A DNA stretch of 64,000 bases, taken from the NCBI GenBank assembly GCA_021815205.1, contig JAKAHD010000001.1:89247-153246 (forward strand), written 5' to 3'. Origin of the DNA: a bacterium. GTDB lineage: Bacteria > Patescibacteriota > Minisyncoccia > UBA6257 > GWB1-50-10. A program made the translations under genes and the position numbers. The notes beneath the pieces were generated by a model. That model saw nothing but the letters and a program-made list of their open reading frames with translations, was not told the DNA's origin and searched no databases. Shown here one piece after another: positions 36,752 to 46,984 of this stretch (the first letter of the stretch is position 1; each line of letters begins with the position of its first letter).

Positions 36752-38971
36752 TTAAGATTTTCTTGTTTTTTCTCTCAGTATTTTTATCTCATCCCGCAGA
36801 ATCGCCGCAAGTTCGAAGTCGAGCGCGTTCGCCGCTTCTTTCATTTCTTTTTCCTTCTCCTTGACGAACTGCTCCAAACTCTTCTTCGATTTCGGCAGTA
36901 CCTTCGTTTCGAGCGTGAGGATTTTTTCTACAGGGAGAATGTCTTTGATCTCTTTCTCAATCGTTTTCGGAGTGATGTGATGCCTTGTATTGTACGCGAG
37001 CTGGAGTCTCCTGCGACGTTCCGTCTCCATAACGGCGCGCTGTACCGATCCCGTGATCGTATCCGCATAAAGAAGCACTTCTCCTCCCACGTTCCGCGCC
37101 GCCCTTCCGATCGTCTGAATGAGCGATGTTTCGCTTCGGAGGAACCCTTCTTTGTCGGCGTCGAGGATTGCGACCAAAGACACCTCGGGAAGATCAAGCC
37201 CTTCGCGCAAAAGATTCACGCCCACGAGGACGTCGAATCCGCCGTTTGAAGATCCTCTTCTGAGATTGGTAAGAATCTTGATGCGGTCGAGCGTCTTCAC
37301 GTCGCTATGGAGATACGTCACCTTGATTTTTGCCTCCTCGAGGAAACTTGCGAGATCCTCGGCCATACGTTTTGTAAGCGTCGTGACCAAGACGCGCTCC
37401 TTTTTCTTCACGCGCTCTCGTATGCGCGGTAGAAGATCATCAATCTGCCCCATGACTGGACGGATCGTAACCTTGGGATCGACGAGTCCCGTGGGGCGGA
37501 TGATCTGCTCTACTACTCCCGGTAATCGCGGACTTTTGCCCCCATGCCAGAACGCCCCGAGCGTAAGCCCGTGGTGTGGGGGTTTGCTGAACGCGCGCTG
37601 AAAATCGCGGCCGCTCTTTTCCGCGCCGTTCCGCATTTTGTCCGTGTGAGTCTGTGCAAAATGTGCAACGCTTTTGGCGGACATTTTAATTTCAAATGCT
37701 CCCGGCGTCGCCGAGGTATAAATCGTCTGGCCCGTGCGTTCCTTAAATTCTTTGAATTTCAGAGGACGATTATCCGCGGCCGAGGGAAGGCGGAACCCGT
37801 ACTCGATCAATGTCTTTTTTCGTGATGCATCTCCGTGATACATTCCCTGGAGCTGCGGTATCGTCACGTGCGATTCATCTATTATGGTTAAGAAGTCTGG
37901 CTTCGCCAGACTCGCTGATTGTCCATGATTTTCAAGTTGATTGCCGCTCACATTATTACGCCAGAAGTAATCCAATAAGGTGGCGGGCGGCTCGCCCGGT
38001 TTTCTTCCGGAGAGATGGCGGGAGTAATTTTCGATGCCGTGGCAATATCCCACTTCGCGGATCATCGCCATGTCCGCTTTTGTTCTTCGTTCGAGGCGCT
38101 CCGCTTCAAGGAACTTCTTCTCTTTTTCGAATTGTTTGAGCTGTGCTTTGAGTTCTTCCCGGATCGCGTGGAGTGCACCCTTGCGGTCTTCGGGCGGGGT
38201 GATGAAATGCTTCGCGGGCGCGATGTAGATCTCCGGCAGTGCCGGCGTTTTTCCTGCCTGCCCAGGCAGGCCCGGGCGGAACCCTTGCACGGGGTCAACT
38301 TCATAGATGTTCTGGATCGTATCGTTTTTCGTTTCGAAAGTGTAGATCACCTCCCTGTCGGGTGGCATGATCTCCCAGTGGTCGCCGCGGAGGCGGAACG
38401 TAGCGCGTTTCAGATCGGAGTTCGTGCGCGCGAACTGGAGTTCGACGAGTTTCCTCGAAAACTCGCTCCTGCTTACCCGATCCCCCGGCTTCAAGTGAAA
38501 AATATTTTTTGCATATAATTCGGGGCTCCCCAATCCGTAGATGCAAGAGACGGAGGCGACGACAATCACATCCTTCCGCGTAAGAAGCGCCGCGGTCGCC
38601 GCATGGCGGAGCTTGTCAATCTCGTCGTTCACCATCGCCTCTTTTCCGATGTAGGTATCGCTTGAGGGAAGGTATGCCTCGGGCTGGTAGTAGTCGTAGT
38701 ACGAGACAAAATAATTTACCGAGTTGTGCGGAAAAAGCTCGCGGAACTCATTTGTAAGCTGGGCGGCCAAGGTCTTATTGTGCGCGATCACCAGCGTCGG
38801 TTTTCCAACGCTCTGGATCACATTTGCAATTGAAAATGTCTTCCCCGATCCTGTAACCCCGAGGAGCGTCTGGTCGCGGTATCCTTTCCGGATGCCATCC
38901 GTGAGCGCCTTGATAGCCCTCGGCTGATCACCCGCGGGTTTGTTCTTTGAAGTGAGGTTAAATACGTTCAT
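36752..38971 (-). CDS. uvrB: Excinuclease ABC subunit B with several peptide insertions
   Basis: GVTGSGKT, YYDYYQPEAY, DESH, QTIGRAARN, UVR tail. Confidence 0.97.
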   Translation of the reverse strand: MNVFNLTSKNKPAGDQPRAIKALTDGIRKGYRDQTLLGVTGSGKTFSIANVIQSVGKPTLVIAHNKTLAAQLTNEFRELFPHNSVNYFVSYYDYYQPEAYLPSSDTYIGKEAMVNDEIDKLRHAATAALLTRKDVIVVASVSCIYGLGSPELYAKNIFHLKPGDRVSRSEFSRKLVELQFARTNSDLKRATFRLRGDHWEIMPPDREVIYTFETKNDTIQNIYEVDPVQGFRPGLPGQAGKTPALPEIYIAPAKHFITPPEDRKGALHAIREELKAQLKQFEKEKKFLEAERLERRTKADMAMIREVGYCHGIENYSRHLSGRKPGEPPATLLDYFWRNNVSGNQLENHGQSASLAKPDFLTIIDESHVTIPQLQGMYHGDASRKKTLIEYGFRLPSAADNRPLKFKEFKERTGQTIYTSATPGAFEIKMSAKSVAHFAQTHTDKMRNGAEKSGRDFQRAFSKPPHHGLTLGAFWHGGKSPRLPGVVEQIIRPTGLVDPKVTIRPVMGQIDDLLPRIRERVKKKERVLVTTLTKRMAEDLASFLEEAKIKVTYLHSDVKTLDRIKILTNLRRGSSNGGFDVLVGVNLLREGLDLPEVSLVAILDADKEGFLRSETSLIQTIGRAARNVGGEVLLYADTITGSVQRAVMETERRRRLQLAYNTRHHITPKTIEKEIKDILPVEKILTLETKVLPKSKKSLEQFVKEKEKEMKEAANALDFELAAILRDEIKILREKTRKS

Positions 38972-39034
38972 GCAAGCGTTGTAAGAGAGATCCAACCTCC
39001 CTGAGGAGGTTGGACCTCCTTAATTAAGGAGAGG

Positions 39035-42000
39035 TTACCGCAAATCTTTCGGCAGTATCTTCTTATCGATGATGTCGCCGTAATTCTGCGCGATGACATT
39101 AAGCTGTATTTTTATCCGACGCAGAAGCCCGTCGGCGTGTTTCGTCTCGAACGGGTTCGCGCGCATCTTTTCGTATATGCCGATATTATGCGTGAGTTTC
39201 TTTCCCTCCATAATCGCATTTCCCCTTAGGAGATCCAGCTTCTTGCCGTGCGAGTTTGCGTATGCCACAAGCTTTGATTCGAAGTCCTTTGAGAAATATT
39301 CCCCTCCTTTGATCCCGCCTCCTGGCCGGGTTTCAGCGAGCGACTTCGCGATCTCGTGATGCGGCGCGGTGTGAGCGCTTTGCGTATTTTCCTTCATCGT
39401 CTGGAATATATGATCGGCGGTTCCCCCGCGTGGTATCATTGTTGTTCCTTTGGGAACCACCTCTTCAAATCCGGTCGAGTGTATGTGGCGGGGTGTCATG
39501 TGAAATATCTCCCGTAATGGCTGTGATTCCTCGATCCCCTTCGCCTCGATTCCCTCAAGTACCTTCTCCGGCGGCTGGTCGTGGAGCACTGATGCACGAA
39601 GCCATCCCGGCACGTGCCCCTTCTTTTTGAGGATAATGTCATACAGCGCGGCATCACTTTTCGCTTCACGACTTGTATCAATAAGCTCGAAGTGGCCCCC
39701 GTGTCCTCCCGCGTGAGGCACGTATGCCACCTTATCGCCCTCGACGACAAGTCCCATCCTGGAGAGCGGCACCAATTTTCCATCGGGAGTCCTGAAGACG
39801 GAATGCGGGTCGCTCCACGCTTTTTCAAAATCAACGTGATTCTTTTTCGCGAGTTCCCGCGCCGAGTTCCATATATTCCCGCCCTTCCCGATCGTGGCCT
39901 CGAGATTCGTCGGCGCGTTCGGCGCGGGGGAAGAAATGATTTCTGTTGGTGTGTTACCACCGGTTTTAGGAAGGGGCACCACCCCCTTCAAGGTGTTTTG
40001 TATGCCTCGTGTCGTGTCGGGTACTTCCTGAAATTGAGAGGGGAGGCGAACGGTGTCTTGAGGCGCGGGGGTATTTTTGATGGACACGTAAGGAGTTTTA
40101 TTGTGAACAACGGTATAGTCTGGAGCAAAAGGATTTCCGGATGTTTTTAGTGCGGGAGCGTGAGACACCTGCTGCTGGGGTAACACGTGGTCCGTATGCG
40201 GCACGGTTTCAGTACCTCCTCCACGCCACCATTGATTGATCTCGCCGCCCAGGAATGCGAGGCCCGCTCCAAGCGCCGCGCCCTTCAGCGTTTCTTTCCA
40301 TACGTGCTTTGTTCGTGCGGTATCGGTATGCCCCGCTTTTCTCCGGAGCACTGACGCAAGCCGTTCTTTTATTTTTTCGTTCACCTCTTTATCTCCCATT
40401 TGGACTGCTACTTCTCCTTCCGCGAGCTTCGAAAGCAGTTCGTATTGTTCGGAGAGTTGCGCGTCTTTTCCGGAAAAACCGACGAGCCGATTATCAAGCA
40501 CGTATCTCGTGTAATACAAGCGCTGGTCGAGTATATTCAGTAAGTGAGCTCTTTCTTTCTCGTCTGTTGCCATATTGATGCGCTCGATTGTTTTTTCTAT
40601 TTTTTCCGCGAGCGTGTTCGCTTCTACATACGCTTTTCCCGCGAGGATTGTTTCTCCGCTGTACTTTCCGCTTTTTATTCTTTCCGCCGCTTGTATTTTC
40701 TGTTTTTCCGTGTTGCCGCTCATTTTTTCCATGAGCGCGCTCTTCTTTCCTAACTTTGCGGCTCGGAACTCTTCGTTAAGATTCTCCACCGCTCGCTTTC
40801 TCGCCATAAATCCCCCGCTTCCCGCGGCGACGAGCGGCGCGGCGAATACACCGAGCGCTCCCGCAAGCGCGGCGCGTCCGCCGTAACCTAACGCCATATA
40901 CCCGCCGCGTTCGAGGGTGGTGTTCTTGAGCGCTTTCGTCCAAAACGGTTTTGAAGTAATTTTATTCAACTCTTCTTCCACTTTTGGATTCTCGCTGAAG
41001 AACTGATTCATTCGCACCCTTTTATCAATCCTCATCATCTCGAGAAGCGTCTCCCTTGTGTACTCGTCCCGCCATGAAGCCTTCTCAAAGTCCATTCTCC
41101 TTAAGATCCCCCCTTTTTTGATAGTCATGAGGTCATCCAGCGCGGTGGCATACTCGTTTTCAAGAAGATTATTTGCGATATCAAGTTTCAATCCCCTTCC
41201 TGCGTTTCTCGTATCCCCTTCCGCGAGGCGTCGCGCCACGTCGTTAAAGCGATCCACCACGGCTTGTTCCTGCTCTGTCAATCCTTCCATTCTTCCGGCG
41301 TAATCTATCACAAGGACTGATTTTGGTCCCTTTGCGAGTCTCTTTGCTAAGCGAGCTTTTTCTATGAGTGTTCTGCTTCCTTCTCCCGAGCGGAGGGTGC
41401 GGCTCAACACTTCGTCGCGTTTCTCAAAATGCGCGTCAATGCCGCTCTCCTTCGTCATTCTCGTGAGGTCTTCAAGCGTTCTTAGATTTGCTTCCTTGTC
41501 TCGCGCCTTCGCCGTCCTCACAACCTCCTTCTCGGTTTCTGCGAGGTAGAAATTTTTAAGAATGCTTCGTACGACTTTTGGGAAGAACGACGCCTTTGCG
41601 GTTTCCTCCTTGTATTGTTTCGCCGCTTCCACCTTCGTGTGCATCAACGCCATGCTTTCCATATTCTGAAGTACGAGCCGCCGCTGTCCCTCGGAGAGCG
41701 ATGCGTATCCCTCAATGGCGTTCAATTCCTCTTCCTTGATGCCGAAGATTTTTTCAAAACCCGCCGTTGTTGCTTTTTCGGGATCTTCCGGCGTTTTTTC
41801 TTGCCTCTCTTTTTGTTTCGATTTTTTCTTTTCTTTTATCTCATGAGAAGCAGAAAGCCCCGTGGCGAACGCGGGGTTTACTGCCTCGTGTGAGCTTTTC
41901 ACGGGATTTATTTCCCTGAATTTCGCTTCGGTTGCCTCGTCTTTATTAAATGATTTCTTATATATCCCCCCGTCTTCGGGTATGATGACAGCCGCCTTTT

Positions 42001-42568
42001 TTCTCCTGAATTTTTTTACCTTTTGTCTCTCTGTTTGTAGGAGAATTTCTTTTGCTTTATCAACCGCTTTCTCAATGTTCTGTTCCCTCCTTTTTTCTGC
42101 ATCCTCCGTTCGTTCTTGTTCAAACGGATTCATTTTTTCATGAGTCGAGGTGTCTTCATGCACCTTCGTGTTTTGTGTTGCTTTTCCTTCTTCTCCCTTT
42201 TCCCCCTCCCCTTCCTTAAACTTCAAAAATCTTCCATCCGCATACTTCTTTGCGTACATCCTCCCGTGTTCCCAGAACTCGGTGTTCCCCTCGGAGTCGT
42301 TTATTTTCCCATTCTTCAATATTTCTTTTGTTTTTTCTTGCTCCGCTGTTTTCTCTTGCGTCGCCTCGTGCAGTACCGCTCCCAAATCCTCAAGCGTGAG
42401 CGAGGTCGTTCCTTTCTTCTTTTTCGCGATCTCCCGCGCGCGGATTATCATGTCGTCGCTTTCGGGCAAGGCATGTTCCGGCGTTTTCGGGGTTTCCGGC
42501 GTTTGTTCCGCCGGATTGTTCTTGAATTCTTCTTCCGATTGACCCGCGAGAGGGTTTTCTATAGACAT
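39035..42568 (-). CDS. Large hypothetical coiled-coil/membrane protein
   Basis: 1177 aa; E/K-rich N-terminus, Gly/Ala hydrophobic hairpins, P/T-rich linker. Confidence 0.8.
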   Translation of the reverse strand: MSIENPLAGQSEEEFKNNPAEQTPETPKTPEHALPESDDMIIRAREIAKKKKGTTSLTLEDLGAVLHEATQEKTAEQEKTKEILKNGKINDSEGNTEFWEHGRMYAKKYADGRFLKFKEGEGEKGEEGKATQNTKVHEDTSTHEKMNPFEQERTEDAEKRREQNIEKAVDKAKEILLQTERQKVKKFRRKKAAVIIPEDGGIYKKSFNKDEATEAKFREINPVKSSHEAVNPAFATGLSASHEIKEKKKSKQKERQEKTPEDPEKATTAGFEKIFGIKEEELNAIEGYASLSEGQRRLVLQNMESMALMHTKVEAAKQYKEETAKASFFPKVVRSILKNFYLAETEKEVVRTAKARDKEANLRTLEDLTRMTKESGIDAHFEKRDEVLSRTLRSGEGSRTLIEKARLAKRLAKGPKSVLVIDYAGRMEGLTEQEQAVVDRFNDVARRLAEGDTRNAGRGLKLDIANNLLENEYATALDDLMTIKKGGILRRMDFEKASWRDEYTRETLLEMMRIDKRVRMNQFFSENPKVEEELNKITSKPFWTKALKNTTLERGGYMALGYGGRAALAGALGVFAAPLVAAGSGGFMARKRAVENLNEEFRAAKLGKKSALMEKMSGNTEKQKIQAAERIKSGKYSGETILAGKAYVEANTLAEKIEKTIERINMATDEKERAHLLNILDQRLYYTRYVLDNRLVGFSGKDAQLSEQYELLSKLAEGEVAVQMGDKEVNEKIKERLASVLRRKAGHTDTARTKHVWKETLKGAALGAGLAFLGGEINQWWRGGGTETVPHTDHVLPQQQVSHAPALKTSGNPFAPDYTVVHNKTPYVSIKNTPAPQDTVRLPSQFQEVPDTTRGIQNTLKGVVPLPKTGGNTPTEIISSPAPNAPTNLEATIGKGGNIWNSARELAKKNHVDFEKAWSDPHSVFRTPDGKLVPLSRMGLVVEGDKVAYVPHAGGHGGHFELIDTSREAKSDAALYDIILKKKGHVPGWLRASVLHDQPPEKVLEGIEAKGIEESQPLREIFHMTPRHIHSTGFEEVVPKGTTMIPRGGTADHIFQTMKENTQSAHTAPHHEIAKSLAETRPGGGIKGGEYFSKDFESKLVAYANSHGKKLDLLRGNAIMEGKKLTHNIGIYEKMRANPFETKHADGLLRRIKIQLNVIAQNYGDIIDKKILPKDLR

Positions 42569-42639
42569 GTAAATATTATAGCATTCTTACCCCTCTGTTG
42601 TGTTGAGATATTATAACACATGTGCTTGAAAAAAGCAAC

Positions 42640-42672
42640 AAAAAAACACCCATGCGCGCATGAGTGTTTTTT
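42640..42672. terminator. Hairpin terminator
   Basis: aaaaaacac-c...g-gtgtttttt with A/T tracts on both sides. Confidence 0.55.
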
Positions 42673-42705
42673 GCAGTAAGGGGATAAAGAAAGATTAGGT
42701 GTCCC

Positions 42706-43038
42706 TTATTCTACTCCATTAAACTGACGATCAACGTTCACCCCCGCCTGATCCTGGTGCCCGCCGCCGGGGAGGTTTTCATTTGCCTCAATGCCGCTTT
42801 TTGTTTCTACGCCGCCCTCTTTCCCTAGTGCGGATTCGGGTGTGCCGCTCTCTTCGGGCTTGCCGCTCTCTTTGTCTATTCCAAAATTATCTTGTCTGCC
42901 AGACTGTGTCTGAATCTGTGCGGGCTGGCTTGCGGCGGCGTTCTGCTGGGCGTGCGCCTGAAGTCCTATCGCGCCGGCGCCGCCGAGCACGAGTGACAAC
43001 ACCGCAAGGAGAGACGCTGTTTTTTTATTCCACTGCAT
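42706..43038 (-). CDS. Small secreted protein
   Basis: AxA signal peptide; low-complexity E/G body ending GGGHQD...QFNGVE. Confidence 0.75.
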   Translation of the reverse strand: MQWNKKTASLLAVLSLVLGGAGAIGLQAHAQQNAAASQPAQIQTQSGRQDNFGIDKESGKPEESGTPESALGKEGGVETKSGIEANENLPGGGHQDQAGVNVDRQFNGVE

Positions 43039-43204
43039 AATGTGGTTCCTTAATTTTTTTGAGTATTCTTACTCAAAGTCCAGGCCGACCTTTATCATCA
43101 TTATTCCTGAACTTCCCCAGTATATACAGTGGGGATGAAAAAAATATGAAGTAGAAACACTGCGGCTCTCACCGCAGTGTGTGCATCGTCAACTCTATTT
43201 GGAA

Positions 43205-43750
43205 TTACTGGATGCTATAGCTTATCCTTTTCGCTTTTTCCCCGTTCACGTAGAAATTGAGCGTGTAATTGCCGGTTTTGCGCGTCTGTCCAGGTTTCAG
43301 CGTCCAATCAAAGTGGAAATACTGCACGCCATCTTTGGTGGGATGCGAGACCTTTGAATCCACATACTTGCCCGCATAGTAGCGGACGTAGGACAGTTCT
43401 GTGCGCTGGGTTGCATTCTGGAGCGACAACACTGCGTAGATTACCGGATCGGCAGAAGAAAATACGGTCTTGGGCGCGACTGCCGCCCCGCGTGCGGTGA
43501 TACTCCTACTCATCGCAACGTTCGTAATCGTCGCTACGGTGCCGGGCTGTGATTTCAGGGCGATCTTTTGGGAGGGTGTAACGGTTGATGTGGGTAGCGC
43601 AGGCATTGATCCGAGAGGCGCCGTGAGTGGAGGCGAAATCGGAGCTTTGGTACTCAGAGTCGATACCGAGGGATATCGGGTCGCAAGATAAAAAATACCT
43701 CCTATTGCAACGAGTACGATTGCTATAACGCCGATTACTTTTGCGTTCAT
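43205..43750 (-). CDS. Membrane-anchored protein with a beta-sandwich-like C-domain
   Basis: TM, P/T linker, 'G.Y....YVNG' strand pattern. Confidence 0.75.
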   Translation of the reverse strand: MNAKVIGVIAIVLVAIGGIFYLATRYPSVSTLSTKAPISPPLTAPLGSMPALPTSTVTPSQKIALKSQPGTVATITNVAMSRSITARGAAVAPKTVFSSADPVIYAVLSLQNATQRTELSYVRYYAGKYVDSKVSHPTKDGVQYFHFDWTLKPGQTRKTGNYTLNFYVNGEKAKRISYSIQ

Positions 43751-43815
43751 TTAAGATATTACTGGATAGAATTGTTTATTCTTACACCGCAGGTATACAC
43801 CAGGGATGTGGAAGT

Positions 43816-44262
43816 TTAGTCACCCTCACCACTACCGGTTGACGATGCGTCGGACTCATGGTTTTCAGTTGATGATGTCGAGCGATTCCCGCTTTCTTGA
43901 TCATTCTGGCCGCCTTCTGTTTCTATTTCTACCTCATTCTCAATCTCTTGCTCGATCTCCAGTTCCGGTTTCTCTCCGTCAATCACCTGATGATCCCCGT
44001 ACTGGTCCCCCGCCTTTTCGTTTTCTTCGTCATCTATTTCACGCTGATTATTCTGGGCGACTTTATCGTTCACGATCTGCTGTTTTCCATCTTCTACGTC
44101 TTTCTGAAAGTCTGATTGGCTTTGACTGTTGGCTTGGGACGGCGTTGTTGAAGTTTGCGCGCGTGCTGATACAACCCCCCTTCCAGTAAATAGTGCAATG
44201 GCTACTACAGAGATAATGGCGAAAGAGGATCGAGAGAAGGTACATTTCGTTGGTTGTAGCAT
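43816..44262 (-). CDS. Secreted acidic low-complexity protein
   Basis: Signal-like N-terminus; E/D/Q/N-rich. Confidence 0.65.
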   Translation of the reverse strand: MLQPTKCTFSRSSFAIISVVAIALFTGRGVVSARAQTSTTPSQANSQSQSDFQKDVEDGKQQIVNDKVAQNNQREIDDEENEKAGDQYGDHQVIDGEKPELEIEQEIENEVEIETEGGQNDQESGNRSTSSTENHESDASSTGSGEGD

Positions 44263-44332
44263 CCTTTCATTGTACCATAAGGAGCTCTTTTCTGTGCAAC
44301 GTTATCCACATGAAGTTATTCATCCCCGCACC

Positions 44333-45856
44333 CTATTCACCGATATTCAGCGCCATTCGTGTGTTGGGGCCGACATATCCGGTTGCTTCGATACCGTGCG
44401 CCGTTTGATATGCCTTGACGGCCGACTCTGTAAGAGGGCCGTAAAATCCGGTGATTGTCCCCGAATAAAATCCCCGCGAGGATAATTTCTCCTGCAGTGC
44501 GGTCACTTCCGCGTCCTGTGATCCGATGTTCAGAAATTCGGTGAAGGTATATGCAGGGCTCGCGCTCGTACTTGTAGTGGCGGTTGTAGTAGGATTGGCG
44601 TTGAGGTTGTTCAGGGCAGGCGCGCGTGTACCCATACTTGCGGCGAGCCGAGACAAGGTGTTCGCCATGGACTGAACTTGCGTTACGATCTGCGACAACT
44701 GGTTTTGTATAGATTGGATCGCCGAAAGCAAACTGCTTGCGGATGCTGGGGAGGCGGTCGGAACAAGGGTCCCGCTCACCGTCGCGTAAAGCGTATTGCA
44801 CCCGCTCCCCGAGGCACACACCGTGATCGCGTCTGATCCCGCGCTCTCCCCGTAGAGCACGAGCGAATTGCCGTTCACACTCGCTTGAGCGATTGCGCTG
44901 TTCGCATTTGAAGAAACATAATAGCTTGATCCGCCCGAAAGTGAGAGGTTGAAACTTTGACCAATCGTGAGCGCGGGGTTTACGACGCCAAACATCACGT
45001 TCCCTGTGGAACTCGAAGCACCAACTGTCGCATAGATCGAACCACAACCATTCGAAGCCGAACAGACGGTGATCATGTCGGAGCCGTTTCCTATGCCGGA
45101 TATCGTAACCACGTTGCCGCTCAAGGTCTGTGCCGCCACGCTTGGGTTGGAGTTGCCGGTCACGTAATATCCCGATCCTCCCGAAATGGTAACGGTGATG
45201 GTCTGACCGAGCGCGATATTCGGATTGGAAGTACTGAAATAGAGCGACCCGCTCGTGGGATTATTATTCACCGTAACATAGAGTGTGCCGCAATTCGAGG
45301 CGGTCCCCGTGTAGCAGATTGTTGCGGTGGCTGACCCCGTTTGATTCCCCCGCACGGTGATCTGCGTTCCGTTTGTCTGCATCGAGACGGCGGAAGGGTT
45401 GGAGTTCGTCGCCGTATACACCGGAGCGGAACTTCCCTGTGAATACAGCGTCACTGACTGCCCGATACCGAGCGTGACGCTCGTCTGGCTTAGGGTCGGC
45501 GTTCCCGTCGGCGCGGGCCATACTTGCATTGCCGACTGCTGACCGTTCACGATGACATACGCGGATTGTCCTGTGTTGATTCCGTATGAAGATGCGCTAA
45601 TGTTCATTGAGAAGTACCCGCTCGAGTTCGTCGTGCCGAGCGTTACCGTCCGCATCCCAGACCCACTCGCAACGTTGTAATAGAAGACAACGCTCGCATT
45701 CGGGTCTCCAAAGACGCTCACGAGTGCCGAATCGCCGCCGGCACTTGAAAGTGAGAGTGTGGGCGTCATTGCCGCGCGAGCGCCTGTTGCCGCAAAAAGA
45801 CCGATGCCGCTCAAGCCCATTACGAAGAGAGCCGTAATTGTCCAAAATCGTCCCAT
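44333..45856 (-). CDS. Surface protein with three Ig-like repeats and a C-terminal peptidoglycan-binding domain
   Basis: Repeats 'SN.S.....G..T.C....C..Y.TV'; 'GS....V..LQ..L...G.Y.G..TG.YG..T..AV..YQ'. Confidence 0.85.
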   Translation of the reverse strand: MGRFWTITALFVMGLSGIGLFAATGARAAMTPTLSLSSAGGDSALVSVFGDPNASVVFYYNVASGSGMRTVTLGTTNSSGYFSMNISASSYGINTGQSAYVIVNGQQSAMQVWPAPTGTPTLSQTSVTLGIGQSVTLYSQGSSAPVYTATNSNPSAVSMQTNGTQITVRGNQTGSATATICYTGTASNCGTLYVTVNNNPTSGSLYFSTSNPNIALGQTITVTISGGSGYYVTGNSNPSVAAQTLSGNVVTISGIGNGSDMITVCSASNGCGSIYATVGASSSTGNVMFGVVNPALTIGQSFNLSLSGGSSYYVSSNANSAIAQASVNGNSLVLYGESAGSDAITVCASGSGCNTLYATVSGTLVPTASPASASSLLSAIQSIQNQLSQIVTQVQSMANTLSRLAASMGTRAPALNNLNANPTTTATTSTSASPAYTFTEFLNIGSQDAEVTALQEKLSSRGFYSGTITGFYGPLTESAVKAYQTAHGIEATGYVGPNTRMALNIGE

Positions 45857-45958
45857 TGCATACAAATGTAGAGAGCGAAGATGAAATCAATATGAACCCC
45901 GTTACCCCCCTTTCTTTCCTGCGTTAAGGCCAGAGTTTTGGGGAATAACGGGGTGAAG

Positions 45959-46984
45959 TTACATCACAGCGGGGAAGGTAATGATCACGAGCGTCCCCTT
46001 CCCCGGTTCGCTTTCAATGTGAATGGCGCCATGATGCGTATGCGCGATTTCTTGAGCGATCGCTAGCCCCAAGCCGGTTCCACCGCCCTGCTCCCGCGCC
46101 TTATCGGCTCGATACAGACGCTCATACACATGCGGGAGGTCTTCTTTTGCTATTCCTATCCCCGTGTCGTGAACGCGAATCATTATTTTTCCGTCATGTG
46201 TGTAGACCGCAACCCGAACATATCCATTGGCGGGAGTGAAATGAAGCGCGTTGCTTATAATATTCATTATAAGCCGCTCTAAGGCGCCGGCTTCCCCGTA
46301 CATCCATGCGGTATCGGAACGTTCAATGGAGAGCTGAACATTGCGCTCCGTCGCAATACCCTGCATTTTTGTTACCACCTCCTCAACGAGTTTGGCTACG
46401 TTGATTTTTAGAAAAGAACGAGTTGTTTCCCCGCTCTCTAACTTTGAGAGCGTCAGCAAGTCCTCGGTCAGTTTGGTCATCGATTGCACTTCATTGATGG
46501 CGCCCGCAATACGCATGCGTCCTTTTTCGTTGTTCCATTCCTTTTCCCGCAATGCCACCTCTAGATTGGTTCGTATTACCGCAAGCGGCGTGCGGAGTTC
46601 GTGCGATGCGTCAGCGGTAAATTGCTTTTGTTGTTCCATCGCGTGTTGAATGGGTTTTAACGTCTTCCCCGCCAGAAAATAACTAAAGCCGCCTAAGACA
46701 AGCAGCACCAATGCGTCGATAAAAAATATACTGGTTTGCAGCTCATCCGTTGTTTTTGTAATAACTAGTTCTTGGGTTTGTTCGCTTGAAAAGTTGCCCT
46801 CAAGATTATTCCGAACATTTTTGGCGAGCGCGTAGTAGAGTGTTACGCTAAACGCGACTAATATGACGGCAATAATACCGACATAGAGACCGGTAAGTTT
46901 CAGACGAGCGCGTTGCAACACACTATGCCTTGAGGCGGTAGCCCACTCCGCGAATGGTTTCCAATACTTTTTCATTGTTGCCAT
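45959..46984 (-). CDS. Sensor histidine kinase
   Basis: ADASHELRTPL, N box, DTGIGI, GTGLGL. Confidence 0.95.
   Translation of the reverse strand: MATMKKYWKPFAEWATASRHSVLQRARLKLTGLYVGIIAVILVAFSVTLYYALAKNVRNNLEGNFSSEQTQELVITKTTDELQTSIFFIDALVLLVLGGFSYFLAGKTLKPIQHAMEQQKQFTADASHELRTPLAVIRTNLEVALREKEWNNEKGRMRIAGAINEVQSMTKLTEDLLTLSKLESGETTRSFLKINVAKLVEEVVTKMQGIATERNVQLSIERSDTAWMYGEAGALERLIMNIISNALHFTPANGYVRVAVYTHDGKIMIRVHDTGIGIAKEDLPHVYERLYRADKAREQGGGTGLGLAIAQEIAHTHHGAIHIESEPGKGTLVIITFPAVM

Noticed and set aside
24725-44310. Replication origin from DnaA boxes
   Set aside because: Three isolated boxes, unclustered, and no dnaA/dnaN in the window.
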